Program-made: the position numbers and the translations under genes
Notes under the pieces: model-generated
Told to the model about the DNA's origin: nothing
Databases searched by the model: none
Seen by the model: the letters and a program-made list of their open reading frames with translations, nothing else
Shown: in pieces, positions 1 to 8,256 of the stretch
How the letters are laid out: each line of letters opens with the position of its first letter
Numbering within the stretch: position 1 is the stretch's first letter
Assembly: GCA_963737655.1 (NCBI GenBank)
Contig: CAVTTN010000002.1
Span: 416,001-480,000, forward strand
Reading direction: 5' to 3'
DNA length: 64,000 bases
DNA from: an uncultured Planctomycetota bacterium
GTDB lineage: Bacteria > Planctomycetota > Planctomycetia > Isosphaerales > Isosphaeraceae

Positions 1-1662
1 CCGATGGGCGAGCCGATCCTGGACCCGGTGGCCACGCTCGACGCTCTCCGGCCGATCCTCGAAAATCCCTCGACGGAGAAGGTCGGCCAGAACCTCAAGT
101 ACGACATGCTGGCCCTCCGCCGGGCCGACGCGGACCTGCACGGGCCGATCACCGATACGATGGTCCTCAGTTATCTCCTGGAAAGCGGGGAGCGCAACCA
201 CAACCTCGACGACCTCTCGCGACGGCTCCTCGGCCACACGATGATCCCGATCTCGGCGCTGATCGGCAAGGGCAAGAACCAGCTGAGGATGGACCAGGTG
301 GAGGTGGCCCGGGTCGCCGAGTATGCCGGGGAAGACGCCGACGCCGCCTGGAGGCTCGAAGCCCTGCTGTCGGCGAAGTGCCGCGAGGAAGGGCTCTGGG
401 ACCTGTACGAGAACCTGGAACGGCCGTTGATCCGCGTCCTCGCCCGGATGGAGGAATTCGGCATCAAGGTGGACGTCCCCCGGCTCCAGGCGCTCTCGGC
501 CGAGTTCGCCGAGAGGCTGGTGACGATCAAGGCGGAGGTTTTTGCGATCGCCGGCCGGGAGTTCAACATCGGCTCGGGGCCGCAGCTCCGGCAGATCCTC
601 TTCGAGGAGCTGAAGCTGCCGGTGATCTCCAAGACGCCCGGAGGGGAGCCGAGCACGGCCGTCGAGGTGCTCGAAGAACTCGCCGGCAAGCACCCGTTGC
701 CCCGGTTGATCATCCAGTATCGCCAGTTCGAGAAGCTCAAGAGCACGTATCTCGACGCCCTGGCGACGCTCGCCCACGAGGACGGGCGGGTCCACACGTC
801 GTTCCATCAGGTGGTGGCGGCGACGGGCCGCCTGAGCTCCTCGGACCCGAACTTGCAGAACATCCCGACGAGGACCGAGGAAGGCCAGCAAATCCGCCAG
901 GCGTTCGTCGCCGGGTTCCCGGGCTGGTCGCTGCTCACGGCCGATTACTCGCAGATCGAGCTGCGCGTGCTCGCCCATTTTTCGAGGGACCCCGCGCTGG
1001 TCGAGGCGTTCGCCCAGGATCGCGACATCCACTCGGTCGTGGCGGCGCGGATCTTCGGCGTCCCGGAATCGGAGGTGTCTTCGGCCCAGAGGCGGGTGGC
1101 GAAGACGGTGAATTTCGGGGTGATTTACGGGCTGAGCGCGTTCGGGCTGTCGGGCCGGCTGGGGATCTCGCAGACGGACGCCTCGGCGTTCATCGAGGCG
1201 TATTTTCGCGAGTACGCGGGCGTGGACGCGTTCATCAACCGGGCCCGGGAGATCGCGCTGGAGACCGGCCGGGTGGAGACGATCCTGGGGCGCCGTCGGG
1301 CGATCTCGGGGATCAAGAACACGACCGGCCGGAGCCTGAACCTGGCCGAGAGGCTGGCGATCAACACGATCATCCAGGGCTCGGCGGCGGACCTCATCAA
1401 GAAGGCGATGCTGGACGTGGATCGCCGCCTCGACGAGTCGGGCCTGAAGGCGAGGATGCTCCTCCAGATCCACGACGAACTCGTCTTCGAGGCGCCCCAG
1501 GAGGAGATCCCCTCGCTGGCGAGTCTGGTGGAAACCGCGATGACGACGGCCCTGGAGCTGAGCGTCCCGCTGAGGGTGGACCTCGCCTCCGGGCCGAACT
1601 GGCTGGACGTCTCGCCGGTCGGGAAATCGGTGTCGGATCAAACACCCGTCGCGAGGAATTGA
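1..1662 (+). CDS. polA: DNA polymerase I, C-terminal part (3'-5' exonuclease + polymerase domains); 5'-truncated by window edge
   Basis: Family A motifs TGRLSSSDPNLQNIP, ADYSQIELRVLAH, AKTVNFGVIYG, IQGSAADLIKKAM, LLQIHDELVFE. Confidence 0.98.
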   Translation, partial: PMGEPILDPVATLDALRPILENPSTEKVGQNLKYDMLALRRADADLHGPITDTMVLSYLLESGERNHNLDDLSRRLLGHTMIPISALIGKGKNQLRMDQVEVARVAEYAGEDADAAWRLEALLSAKCREEGLWDLYENLERPLIRVLARMEEFGIKVDVPRLQALSAEFAERLVTIKAEVFAIAGREFNIGSGPQLRQILFEELKLPVISKTPGGEPSTAVEVLEELAGKHPLPRLIIQYRQFEKLKSTYLDALATLAHEDGRVHTSFHQVVAATGRLSSSDPNLQNIPTRTEEGQQIRQAFVAGFPGWSLLTADYSQIELRVLAHFSRDPALVEAFAQDRDIHSVVAARIFGVPESEVSSAQRRVAKTVNFGVIYGLSAFGLSGRLGISQTDASAFIEAYFREYAGVDAFINRAREIALETGRVETILGRRRAISGIKNTTGRSLNLAERLAINTIIQGSAADLIKKAMLDVDRRLDESGLKARMLLQIHDELVFEAPQEEIPSLASLVETAMTTALELSVPLRVDLASGPNWLDVSPVGKSVSDQTPVARN

Positions 1663-1670
1663 TCTGACAT

Positions 1671-1997
1671 GCTCTGTCGAGAACCCGGTTCGCCGAGGTC
1701 TAACGAGTAGGTCCGACTTCAGTCGGGCCTACAAGAGAAGACCCTTTTTTGTAGGCCCGACTGAAGTCGGGTACGTGTTTAGCGCCTCGAATCGCGGTTT
1801 TTGTAGGGTCCGCATTTGCGGACCTCTTCGCGACAAAGCGTAATCGAAGAGGTCCGCAAGAGCGGACCCTACCAAAACCGCCTTCTCACCCGCGAAACGC
1901 GTACGAAGTCGGGCCTACAAGAAGGTCTTATTTTGTAGGCCCGACTGAAGTCGGACCTACTCGTTTTCCTCATTCTCAAGGGGGTTTTCTCCAGAGC
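1671..1997. mobile_element. Composite MITE/REPIN: element A (TIR-bounded, GTAG-REP doublets) with element B nested at 1771-1904
   Basis: Ends GCTCTGTCGAGAACCC / GGGTTTTCTCCAGAGC form an imperfect IR. REP-A GTAGGTCCGACTTCAGTCGGGCCTAC at 1707-1732 and inverted at 1935-1960, with truncated copies at 1751-1770 and ~1905-1918. Inner element bounded by GTACGTGTTTAGCG / CGCGAAACGCGTAC. Confidence 0.8.
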
Positions 1998-2120
1998 AGA
2001 TCTGAAACCATTTCCCCCGGACCTCCGCGGACGCTGGCCGAGGCGGTCGCTTCCTGGTAACATCTTGCCTCGACTCGGCGGCCGACCCGCCGGGCGGGTG
2101 GCTCGGCGGCGGAGAGATTC

Positions 2121-2972
2121 ATGAAGCAGCTCGTCAAACGAGTCCTCTACAGCGTTGCGCCGAAGTGGACCACCGCCTTGATCTCGGCACGCTCACGGGC
2201 CCACTCGCACCGCCTCGTCACGAGCTGGGGATGCGGCGTGATCAATCAAAAATTGATCGATCGCCTGGGCGACCGGGTCCAGGAGGGTCCGTTCGCCGGC
2301 CTCGTCCTGACGGAGATGACGCGTCGCGAGCACCTGGGCCCTTACCTGCTCGGGCTGTATGAGAGCGAGATCGACGAGGCGTGGGCGACCGTCTTCGCCG
2401 GGGCCTATACCCAGATCCTCGACATCGGCGCGAAGTTCGGCTACTACGCCGTCGGCCTGGCGAAGCGGTTTCCCGGGGCGTCGGTCGTCGCGTTCGACAC
2501 CGATTGGTGGGCCCGCCAGGCGGTCCGGGAGATGGCCGCGGCCAACGGCACCCCGAACGTCGAGATCCAGGGTTTTTGCAGCCCCGAATGGCTCGCCCAG
2601 AACGTCCAGGACGCGTCCCTGATCCTCAGCGACTGCGAGGGGTATGAGTCCGCGCTCTTCAGCCCCGAGACGATCCCTCGCCTCCGCTCGGCGACGATCA
2701 TCATCGAGACCCACGACGGCGTGGTCCCGGGTGTGAGCGACCGGCTCCGGTCGGCCTTCGCCGAGACGCATTCCGTCCGGGTCTTCGGCCTGGAGCCGCG
2801 AAGGACCACCAGCCATCCCCTGGACTTCCTCTCCGAGGCGGAGAGGCAGCTCGCGGTGAAGGAGGTCCGGTCCGTGCAGACCTGGCTGCTCTGCCTGCCC
2901 CGGACCGGGCCCAACCTCGGCCTGGAGCAATCCCGGGACGCCGCAACCGTCTCCGGCCCGTCGCCGACCTGA
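2121..2972 (+). CDS. Class I SAM-dependent methyltransferase (FkbM-like)
   Basis: ILDIGAKFGYYAVG motif I, LILSDCEGYE motif, GPFAGL/LLGLYE N-terminal motifs; GGAGA RBS. Confidence 0.8.
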   Translation: MKQLVKRVLYSVAPKWTTALISARSRAHSHRLVTSWGCGVINQKLIDRLGDRVQEGPFAGLVLTEMTRREHLGPYLLGLYESEIDEAWATVFAGAYTQILDIGAKFGYYAVGLAKRFPGASVVAFDTDWWARQAVREMAAANGTPNVEIQGFCSPEWLAQNVQDASLILSDCEGYESALFSPETIPRLRSATIIIETHDGVVPGVSDRLRSAFAETHSVRVFGLEPRRTTSHPLDFLSEAERQLAVKEVRSVQTWLLCLPRTGPNLGLEQSRDAATVSGPSPT

Positions 2973-3034
2973 CCCGGCCGGCCTTCCCCCCCGCATGCCG
3001 ACGAGGACGCGGCCCGGGGGACGGGCCTCAAAGG

Positions 3035-3080
3035 GACCGGCCCACCTCGTCTCCCCTGGAGGAGACGAGGCGGGCCGGTC
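3035..3080. terminator. GC-rich hairpin between convergent genes
   Basis: GACCGGCCCACCTCGTCTCC-6 nt-GGAGACGAGGCGGGCCGGTC; 20-bp stem with one mismatch, no U-tract. Confidence 0.5.
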
Positions 3081-3110
3081 GTTCGCCCGATCGAGGTCAG
3101 GCCCTCGCGG

Positions 3111-4043
3111 TTATCGGGCCGGCGTGGTCACCGGGACGGCGATGCCGTTGGTCGTCGGCCTGGTGGTCGAGGACGACGTGCCTCCGCTGATCGGGATGTT
3201 GATCGACTTCAAGCTCCGGGCCATGAACGAATAGGTGAAGATCGTGTTGACGACCGTGTTGAATGGCGCGGCCAGGCGGTTGATGAAGACCGTGGTCCTC
3301 ACGATCGGGTCGCGATAGACGTAGATCCGGTCGCCGGGCATCAATTGATAATTGGTGGTGGTGTCGCCGGCCTGCATGATGGCCGGGAGGTTCACCGGCA
3401 GGAGCTGGGGCTCGCTGGAGCCCGGGGGGCGGGCCGGACCAGGCGGATGTTGTTGACGGCGGCCTCGGGGGCGAGCCCCTCCGGCGTACTGGATCGCGTC
3501 CAGGACGGTCTCGTTGCCGGTGATCGGCAGGCGGCCCGGCGCGGCGACGTCTCCCAGGATGTAGAAGACGTGACTGTTGTAGGCCGCCACGTCCACGAAC
3601 ACGCGGTCCGAATCGGCCGGGGCGATCGGGACGACCTTCTTGGTGCCGGCCTCGTTCTCCTCCTCGGCGACCAGGCCGAGGGCCTCATCCGTGAGGTACT
3701 TCCTCAGGTGGATGATGATCTTCTCCTTGACTTCCGCGATCGTCAGGCCGTTGACGTATACGTTGCCGTAGAAGCCCAGGGTGATGGTGCCGTCGGGTCG
3801 GACCAGGCGTTCCCCCTGGATCGGCCGGCCGGGCAGGCCCTCCAGGACCTCGACGATCAGCAGGTCCGGGGGCTCGACGACGTAGTCGGGCATCGAGACT
3901 TTATTCAACTCGATGGGGAGGTTCATCTTGGCGATCTGGTCCTCGGGCACATGGACGGTCTGGCAACCGCACGCGGCCAGGAGGGCCATCGGCGCCAGGA
4001 TCATCCGGCCGAGCCGGGCCAGGTCGGTTCGAGCGCGATCCAT
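3111..4043 (-). CDS. Polysaccharide biosynthesis/export lipoprotein (Wza/Poly_export + SLBB); two compensating frameshifts near 3425 and 3477
   Basis: Lipobox LAACGC; YVVEPPDLL, LVRPDGTITLGFYG, PGRLPITGNETVLDAI, NYQLMPGDRIYV; the correct segment GLAPEAAVNNIRLVRP lies in an alternative frame. Confidence 0.9.
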   Translation of the reverse strand: MDRARTDLARLGRMILAPMALLAACGCQTVHVPEDQIAKMNLPIELNKVSMPDYVVEPPDLLIVEVLEGLPGRPIQGERLVRPDGTITLGFYGNVYVNGLTIAEVKEKIIIHLRKYLTDEALGLVAEEENEAGTKKVVPIAPADSDRVFVDVAAYNSHVFYILGDVAAPGRLPITGNETVLDAIQYAGGARPRGRRQQHPPGPARPPGSSEPQLLPVNLPAIMQAGDTTTNYQLMPGDRIYVYRDPIVRTTVFINRLAAPFNTVVNTIFTYSFMARSLKSINIPISGGTSSSTTRPTTNGIAVPVTTPAR

Positions 4044-4296
4044 GCGACACTCCTGCCCGGGTTCTCCGGGGCCGGAGAGATGCGGCCGAGAGACGTCCTC
4101 GACCTCGATCCCTCGACGTCATCCTTCCGTCCCAACGATCCATCCGCACCGGCCGGGCGATCCCTCGGCCCTCCCGAGCGGGAGGGGCGGGTCCGCCCCG
4201 GCCGACCGGCCTCCGAATCCTCCGGAAACCGGGCTTGACATGCTAGTGATCGGCACTCGCCCGGCCATCCTGGAATGGATTTCGCCGGGATGACGG

Positions 4297-4707
4297 TTAG
4301 CGCCCATTATTCCCAAAATACCGGCTCGATCGCCCGTAATAGGACGCCGTGCCGCCGGCCGGGGCGACCGTGTTCCGGCTGAAGTAGCGAGAGGCCGAAC
4401 CGCCCGGGACCATGGCCGTCCGGGGCATCTCGGCCGCGCGGGTCCTCGGCGTCGCGCCCCGGGCGGTCGCCCCCGCCACGGTCTGGCCGGCCGTCTGGGC
4501 CGCCCAGAGATACATCATCGTGTCTCGCGAGGTCGTCGATTGCGCCGTCATGATCGTGTTGAGGTACGGATTCTGGGCGGCGCTGGCGTAGGCGTTGAGC
4601 ATCCCGGGCTGGGTGCCCGCCTGGCCCAGGCCCTGGGCCTTCGCCCCCGATCCCGCCGCCAGGATCAGCGCCGCCGTCAGAAGGGCCGTCGTCGCGATCG
4701 TTCGCAT
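4297..4707 (-). CDS. Secreted hypothetical protein
   Basis: Signal peptide ending AKA-Q; GAGGAG RBS; coding-like composition. Confidence 0.75.
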   Translation of the reverse strand: MRTIATTALLTAALILAAGSGAKAQGLGQAGTQPGMLNAYASAAQNPYLNTIMTAQSTTSRDTMMYLWAAQTAGQTVAGATARGATPRTRAAEMPRTAMVPGGSASRYFSRNTVAPAGGTASYYGRSSRYFGNNGR

Positions 4708-5041
4708 CGGTCCGTTCTCCTCGATCTGGGACCATCTCGGGGGGACCGCCGCGATCCCCGCCCGGTCTGGGAAGGATATCGACCGTCCGGCCTCCGGGAG
4801 ATCGCCCGTGAGGCCTGCCCCGTCGGGGATTCCCGACCGGCGCCGTCGTCGTTTTCCTCACGACCCCAAATCTCGCAAATCGCCGAAATCCCCCAGAATT
4901 GCCATTCGAGTGGAGCGCTAGGGGGACGACGTCCGATCGAACGGAACGAGAACCCGCCCCGCGCGGAGTCCGAGGGGACGGTCCCGAGGCGACGGGGCGA
5001 CGGCGAGGTCTTCGATCTTCGAGAGCGGAAGAAGGATGCTC

Positions 5042-5620
5042 ATGAACGTCTCCAGGAGGCTTGCCCGGCCGTCGTCCCTGGCGGTCCTGGCCCTGCTCCT
5101 CGGGCTGCCGGGCCTGGCCCAGGCGCAGCTCTTTCCGAACCTGCCGATCCGCCGCCAGCGGGTCGATTGTGCGCATGAAAACCCGGCGTACCCGATGATC
5201 CGCCAGCAATACTGGGGCTACTACCCGACCTGCTGGCGGAGGTTCCCGCCGGGCTGGGGCTGCCCCAGCGCCGAGGCCCCGAACTGGGCGGCCTCCCTGG
5301 AGAAGCAGCCCCTGCCCAAGCCCGAGAACACCGGGCCCGACAACGAGGAAGACGAGATGGGCGGCCCGCAACCCGGGGCGAACCCGCCGGGAGGCCGACC
5401 CGGCGCGGGGAACGTCCGGCCCGACGCCCTGCCGCCGCTGCCCGGCGACACTTCGCCGTTCGAGAACCAGCCCCAGCCGCCCGCCGGAGGCGGGAATCCC
5501 CCGGCCGGAGGGGCCCGGCCCGGCGACACGCCCCCGGCAGGCACCCCGCCCACGGCCTCCGCCCCGCCCCGACGGACCCGGAGCCTGGTCGCCGGCCTGT
5601 TTGGCGGGACCCGCCGCTAG
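5042..5620 (+). CDS. Secreted Pro-rich hypothetical protein
   Basis: Signal peptide ending AQA-Q; YWGYYPTCWRRFPPGWGCP segment; AAGGA RBS (start could be 5036). Confidence 0.75.
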   Translation: MNVSRRLARPSSLAVLALLLGLPGLAQAQLFPNLPIRRQRVDCAHENPAYPMIRQQYWGYYPTCWRRFPPGWGCPSAEAPNWAASLEKQPLPKPENTGPDNEEDEMGGPQPGANPPGGRPGAGNVRPDALPPLPGDTSPFENQPQPPAGGGNPPAGGARPGDTPPAGTPPTASAPPRRTRSLVAGLFGGTRR

Positions 5621-5678
5621 AGCCACCTCCGATTTGGTGCGGCGGTTGATTTTGGGGTGGCACGGGTCATACCCGACC

Positions 5679-5908
5679 GTACGTGTTTAGCGGGTAAGAC
5701 GGCTGTTTTCGTCGGGTCCGCCATTGCGGACCTCTTCAGGTCGCCGCGAAATTGAAGAGGTCCGCAATGGCGGACCCGACGAAAACAGCCTGCCAACCCG
5801 CGAAACACGTACCCGACTTCAGTCGGGCCTGCGAAACAAGGGATCTTTGTAGGCCCGACTGAAGTCGGACCTACTCGTATCGATGCTTCGAAGGAGTTTT
5901 CTACAGGC
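5679..5908. mobile_element. Element B (5679-5812) joined to the remaining part of an element A (5813-5908)
   Basis: TIR GTACGTGTTTAGCGGGT / ACCCGCGAAACACGTAC around doublet GTCGGGTCCGCCATTGCGGACCTCTTCA; followed by a REP-A doublet and A-type end GTTTTCTACAG. Confidence 0.8.
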
Positions 5909-6019
5909 CGGCACTGGCTTGTTTCGAGGGTTCGGGTCGCGGTACAGTGCCTCTCCTCGTCGCGATCGGATCATCATGTCCGCCCGAGATCCGATCGTTC
6001 GACCCGGAAGGGATGCGCC

Positions 6020-7279
6020 ATGCCCCGAGCCGCCCTCCTCGCGACGACGCTCGCCCTGATGGCGATCGTCCCCGGCCCGATCCGGGCCGAGGATCCACCC
6101 GCAAGCCCGATCCGCGACCAGTACGAACGGATGAGGGCGAAGGCGACCTCGGCCGAGTCGCTCTGGAAGCTCGCGCTCTGGTGCGAATCGCACGACCTGA
6201 AGGCCGAGGCCCGCGAGCAGCTCGCCGAGGTCGTCCGGCTCGACCCGAAGCGAGACGCGGCCTGGAAGCGGCTGGGCTTCAAGAAGGTGGATGGCCAGTG
6301 GCTGGACCCGGCCGGGGTCGTCCCGGCGGCCGAGGCGAAGAAGTCGATCCGGGAATGGGGCGAGAAGCTCCAGGCGATCCACAAGAACGTCCACAAGGGC
6401 AAGAAGCAGGCCGAGGCCCGGGCGGCCCTGGCGGCGATCGTCGATCCCCTGGCCGTCCCGGCGATCTTCCGGGAGTTCGGCCGGAGCGCGAAGGATCAGA
6501 GGATCGCCGTGGACGTGCTCGGGCAGATCCCGGGGGCGTCGTCCTCGAAGGCGCTGGCGTACCTCGCCGTGTTCGGGGCGTCGCCCGAGGTCCAGGCCAT
6601 CGCCTCGGGATTCCTCCGGCCGAGAGACCCCAGGGATTATGCCCGACCGTTGATTGAACTGATCTCCGACCCCCTGAAATACCGGTTCCAGCCGGTCGGA
6701 GGCCCCGAATCGCCGGGCATCCTCTTCGTCGAGGGGGAGACCTACAACGTCCGGAGGCTCTACCAGGCGCCGGCCCCCGACGCCCAGTTCCGCCCCGGCG
6801 ACTCCCTGATCATCGACCCCGACGGCACCGAGCGAATCCTCCGGCCCGACGCCGGCCCCTCGGTCCTGGAAACCGGGGCGAAGGTCAAGACGGGGCAATC
6901 CTTCACGATGAAGGACGCCCAGCAGGCGCTCTATCAATCGGTGATCGCCGCCTCGGATCAACTCCGCAGGGACGTCGAGGCGATGGAGACGCTGAACGCC
7001 GACCGCCTGGCGTTTCGGGAGCGGGTCGTGGCCGTCCTGAAGGACGCCACCGGAAAGAATCCGGGGATCGACCGCAAGTCCTGGGCCGACTGGTTCGCCA
7101 CACTCGATCCGTCCTCAAGAAAGCCCGAGAAGAGGCGGAAACCCGGCGATGTGAAGCCGACGATCGACGAGCTCGCCCCCCTGGCGACCGACACGACCCG
7201 GTTCGGCTCGACAGTCCTGCTCGGGAGCGCGGAGGCGATGGCCTCGGGCAAGGGCGGGACGACCTACGCCCCGACCTGA
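6020..7279 (+). CDS. Secreted helical-repeat (TPR/HEAT-like) hypothetical protein
   Basis: Signal peptide; WKLALWCE...LDPKRDAAWKRLG motif; HEAT-like segment; ends in W..WF and KPT motifs. Confidence 0.7.
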   Translation: MPRAALLATTLALMAIVPGPIRAEDPPASPIRDQYERMRAKATSAESLWKLALWCESHDLKAEAREQLAEVVRLDPKRDAAWKRLGFKKVDGQWLDPAGVVPAAEAKKSIREWGEKLQAIHKNVHKGKKQAEARAALAAIVDPLAVPAIFREFGRSAKDQRIAVDVLGQIPGASSSKALAYLAVFGASPEVQAIASGFLRPRDPRDYARPLIELISDPLKYRFQPVGGPESPGILFVEGETYNVRRLYQAPAPDAQFRPGDSLIIDPDGTERILRPDAGPSVLETGAKVKTGQSFTMKDAQQALYQSVIAASDQLRRDVEAMETLNADRLAFRERVVAVLKDATGKNPGIDRKSWADWFATLDPSSRKPEKRRKPGDVKPTIDELAPLATDTTRFGSTVLLGSAEAMASGKGGTTYAPT

Positions 7280-7290
7280 GACTAGAAAAC

Positions 7291-7314
7291 GGCCTCCCCC
7301 GGAAGAGGGAGGCC
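7291..7314. terminator. Hairpin between convergent genes
   Basis: GGCCTCCC-8 nt-GGGAGGCC with an AAAA flank (U-tract on minus strand). Confidence 0.45.
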
Positions 7315-7342
7315 CGCCCCCGGTCGGGGGCGACGCGAACGA

Positions 7343-7762
7343 TCAGGCCGGTTTCCGCCGCCCTCGCTCCGGAACTTCGAGCGAGGGCCGATAGCGATCG
7401 TTGAAGCCGACCTTGACGGGCTCGCCGGCCACCAGCCGCTCGATATCGGCCCGGGAATCCAGTTCGAGCTCGCTGAACGAGACCTCGGTCCCGTCGCCGG
7501 GCCGATCGGAATCGGCCAGGACGGCGCACTCGGTCAGTTTCCTCACCCCGGCGAAGACCCAACGAGCCGGCCGGCCATCCCAGCGAAACTCCCCCGAGTC
7601 GTCCCCCTCGCCCCGTCGCCCCAGCGCCTCGGCCTTCTCGAAGGCGGCCTCCTCGGACTCGGCCTCCACCAGGATGATGTTCTCCCAGGCCGGGAAATGC
7701 GTTTGTTTGCCGTCCGAAAACTCCACGAACATGACGACATCGGCCGAATACCAGGTTTTCAT
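7343..7762 (-). CDS. DUF4288-family protein (candidate immunity protein)
   Basis: MKTWYSA...WENIILVEAESEEAAFEKA..LG, WVFAGVRKL and GTEVSF motifs. Confidence 0.75.
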   Translation of the reverse strand: MKTWYSADVVMFVEFSDGKQTHFPAWENIILVEAESEEAAFEKAEALGRRGEGDDSGEFRWDGRPARWVFAGVRKLTECAVLADSDRPGDGTEVSFSELELDSRADIERLVAGEPVKVGFNDRYRPSLEVPERGRRKPA

Positions 7763-7965
7763 GCTCGTCCTCGCTTTCGGAGGTTCCGGCACCCCGCCTA
7801 TTTCTGGGCCTGGATGACCTTGAGGATCAGGGACGGGTCGTCAGCCGCCCTGGCCTCGACAAGCATGGCGGCCAGGACCTCGCACAGGGGGAGTTTCGTC
7901 CGGGCCGCCTCGCGCCTCGCCCACTCGGTGATCTCGTTACTCCCGCCCTCGCGGCTCTTCGTCAT
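7759..7965 (-). pseudogene. Small Ntox34-like toxin domain with internal amber stop at 7798-7800
   Basis: Hand translation MTKSREGGSNEITEWARREAARTKLPLCEVLAAMLVEARAADDPSLILKVIQAQK*AGCRNLRKRGRA; the final TGA overlaps the ATG of DUF4288. Confidence 0.6.
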
Positions 7966-8256
7966 GGTTCGCGTCGGGGTCGCTCAACCGGGGACGTCCT
8001 GATCCTCCCGTCATGCTAATCCCGGTCGCCCGGCTCTCGAAAGTCCCCGGGCAGGATTCCCCATGGTTCACGGCGGAGCGTGGCACCCGAAGGGCGCCCT
8101 GCCTGGCGATTCCTCGAGAAGACAACGGCCCTGGCGGATATCTCGGATGCGGCCGGTGGTCCCGGTGCGTACAATCCTCCGGCGACAATCTCGGGGGCCG
8201 TCGAGCGAATCCCCTGGGTCGGGTTGCGACGAACCTCCGGTCCCGGTCATTTCTTG

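Noticed and set aside
1707..1960. CRISPR array suggested by recurring 26-nt palindromic repeats
   Set aside because: Repeats alternate in orientation, spacing is irregular, copies are dispersed and no cas genes are present; this is REP/MITE organisation.
7798..7800. Pyrrolysine or amber read-through in the toxin-like ORF
   Set aside because: No pyl genes are visible and TAG is used as a normal stop elsewhere (e.g. 5620, 9771, 13510); a nonsense mutation or base error is simpler.
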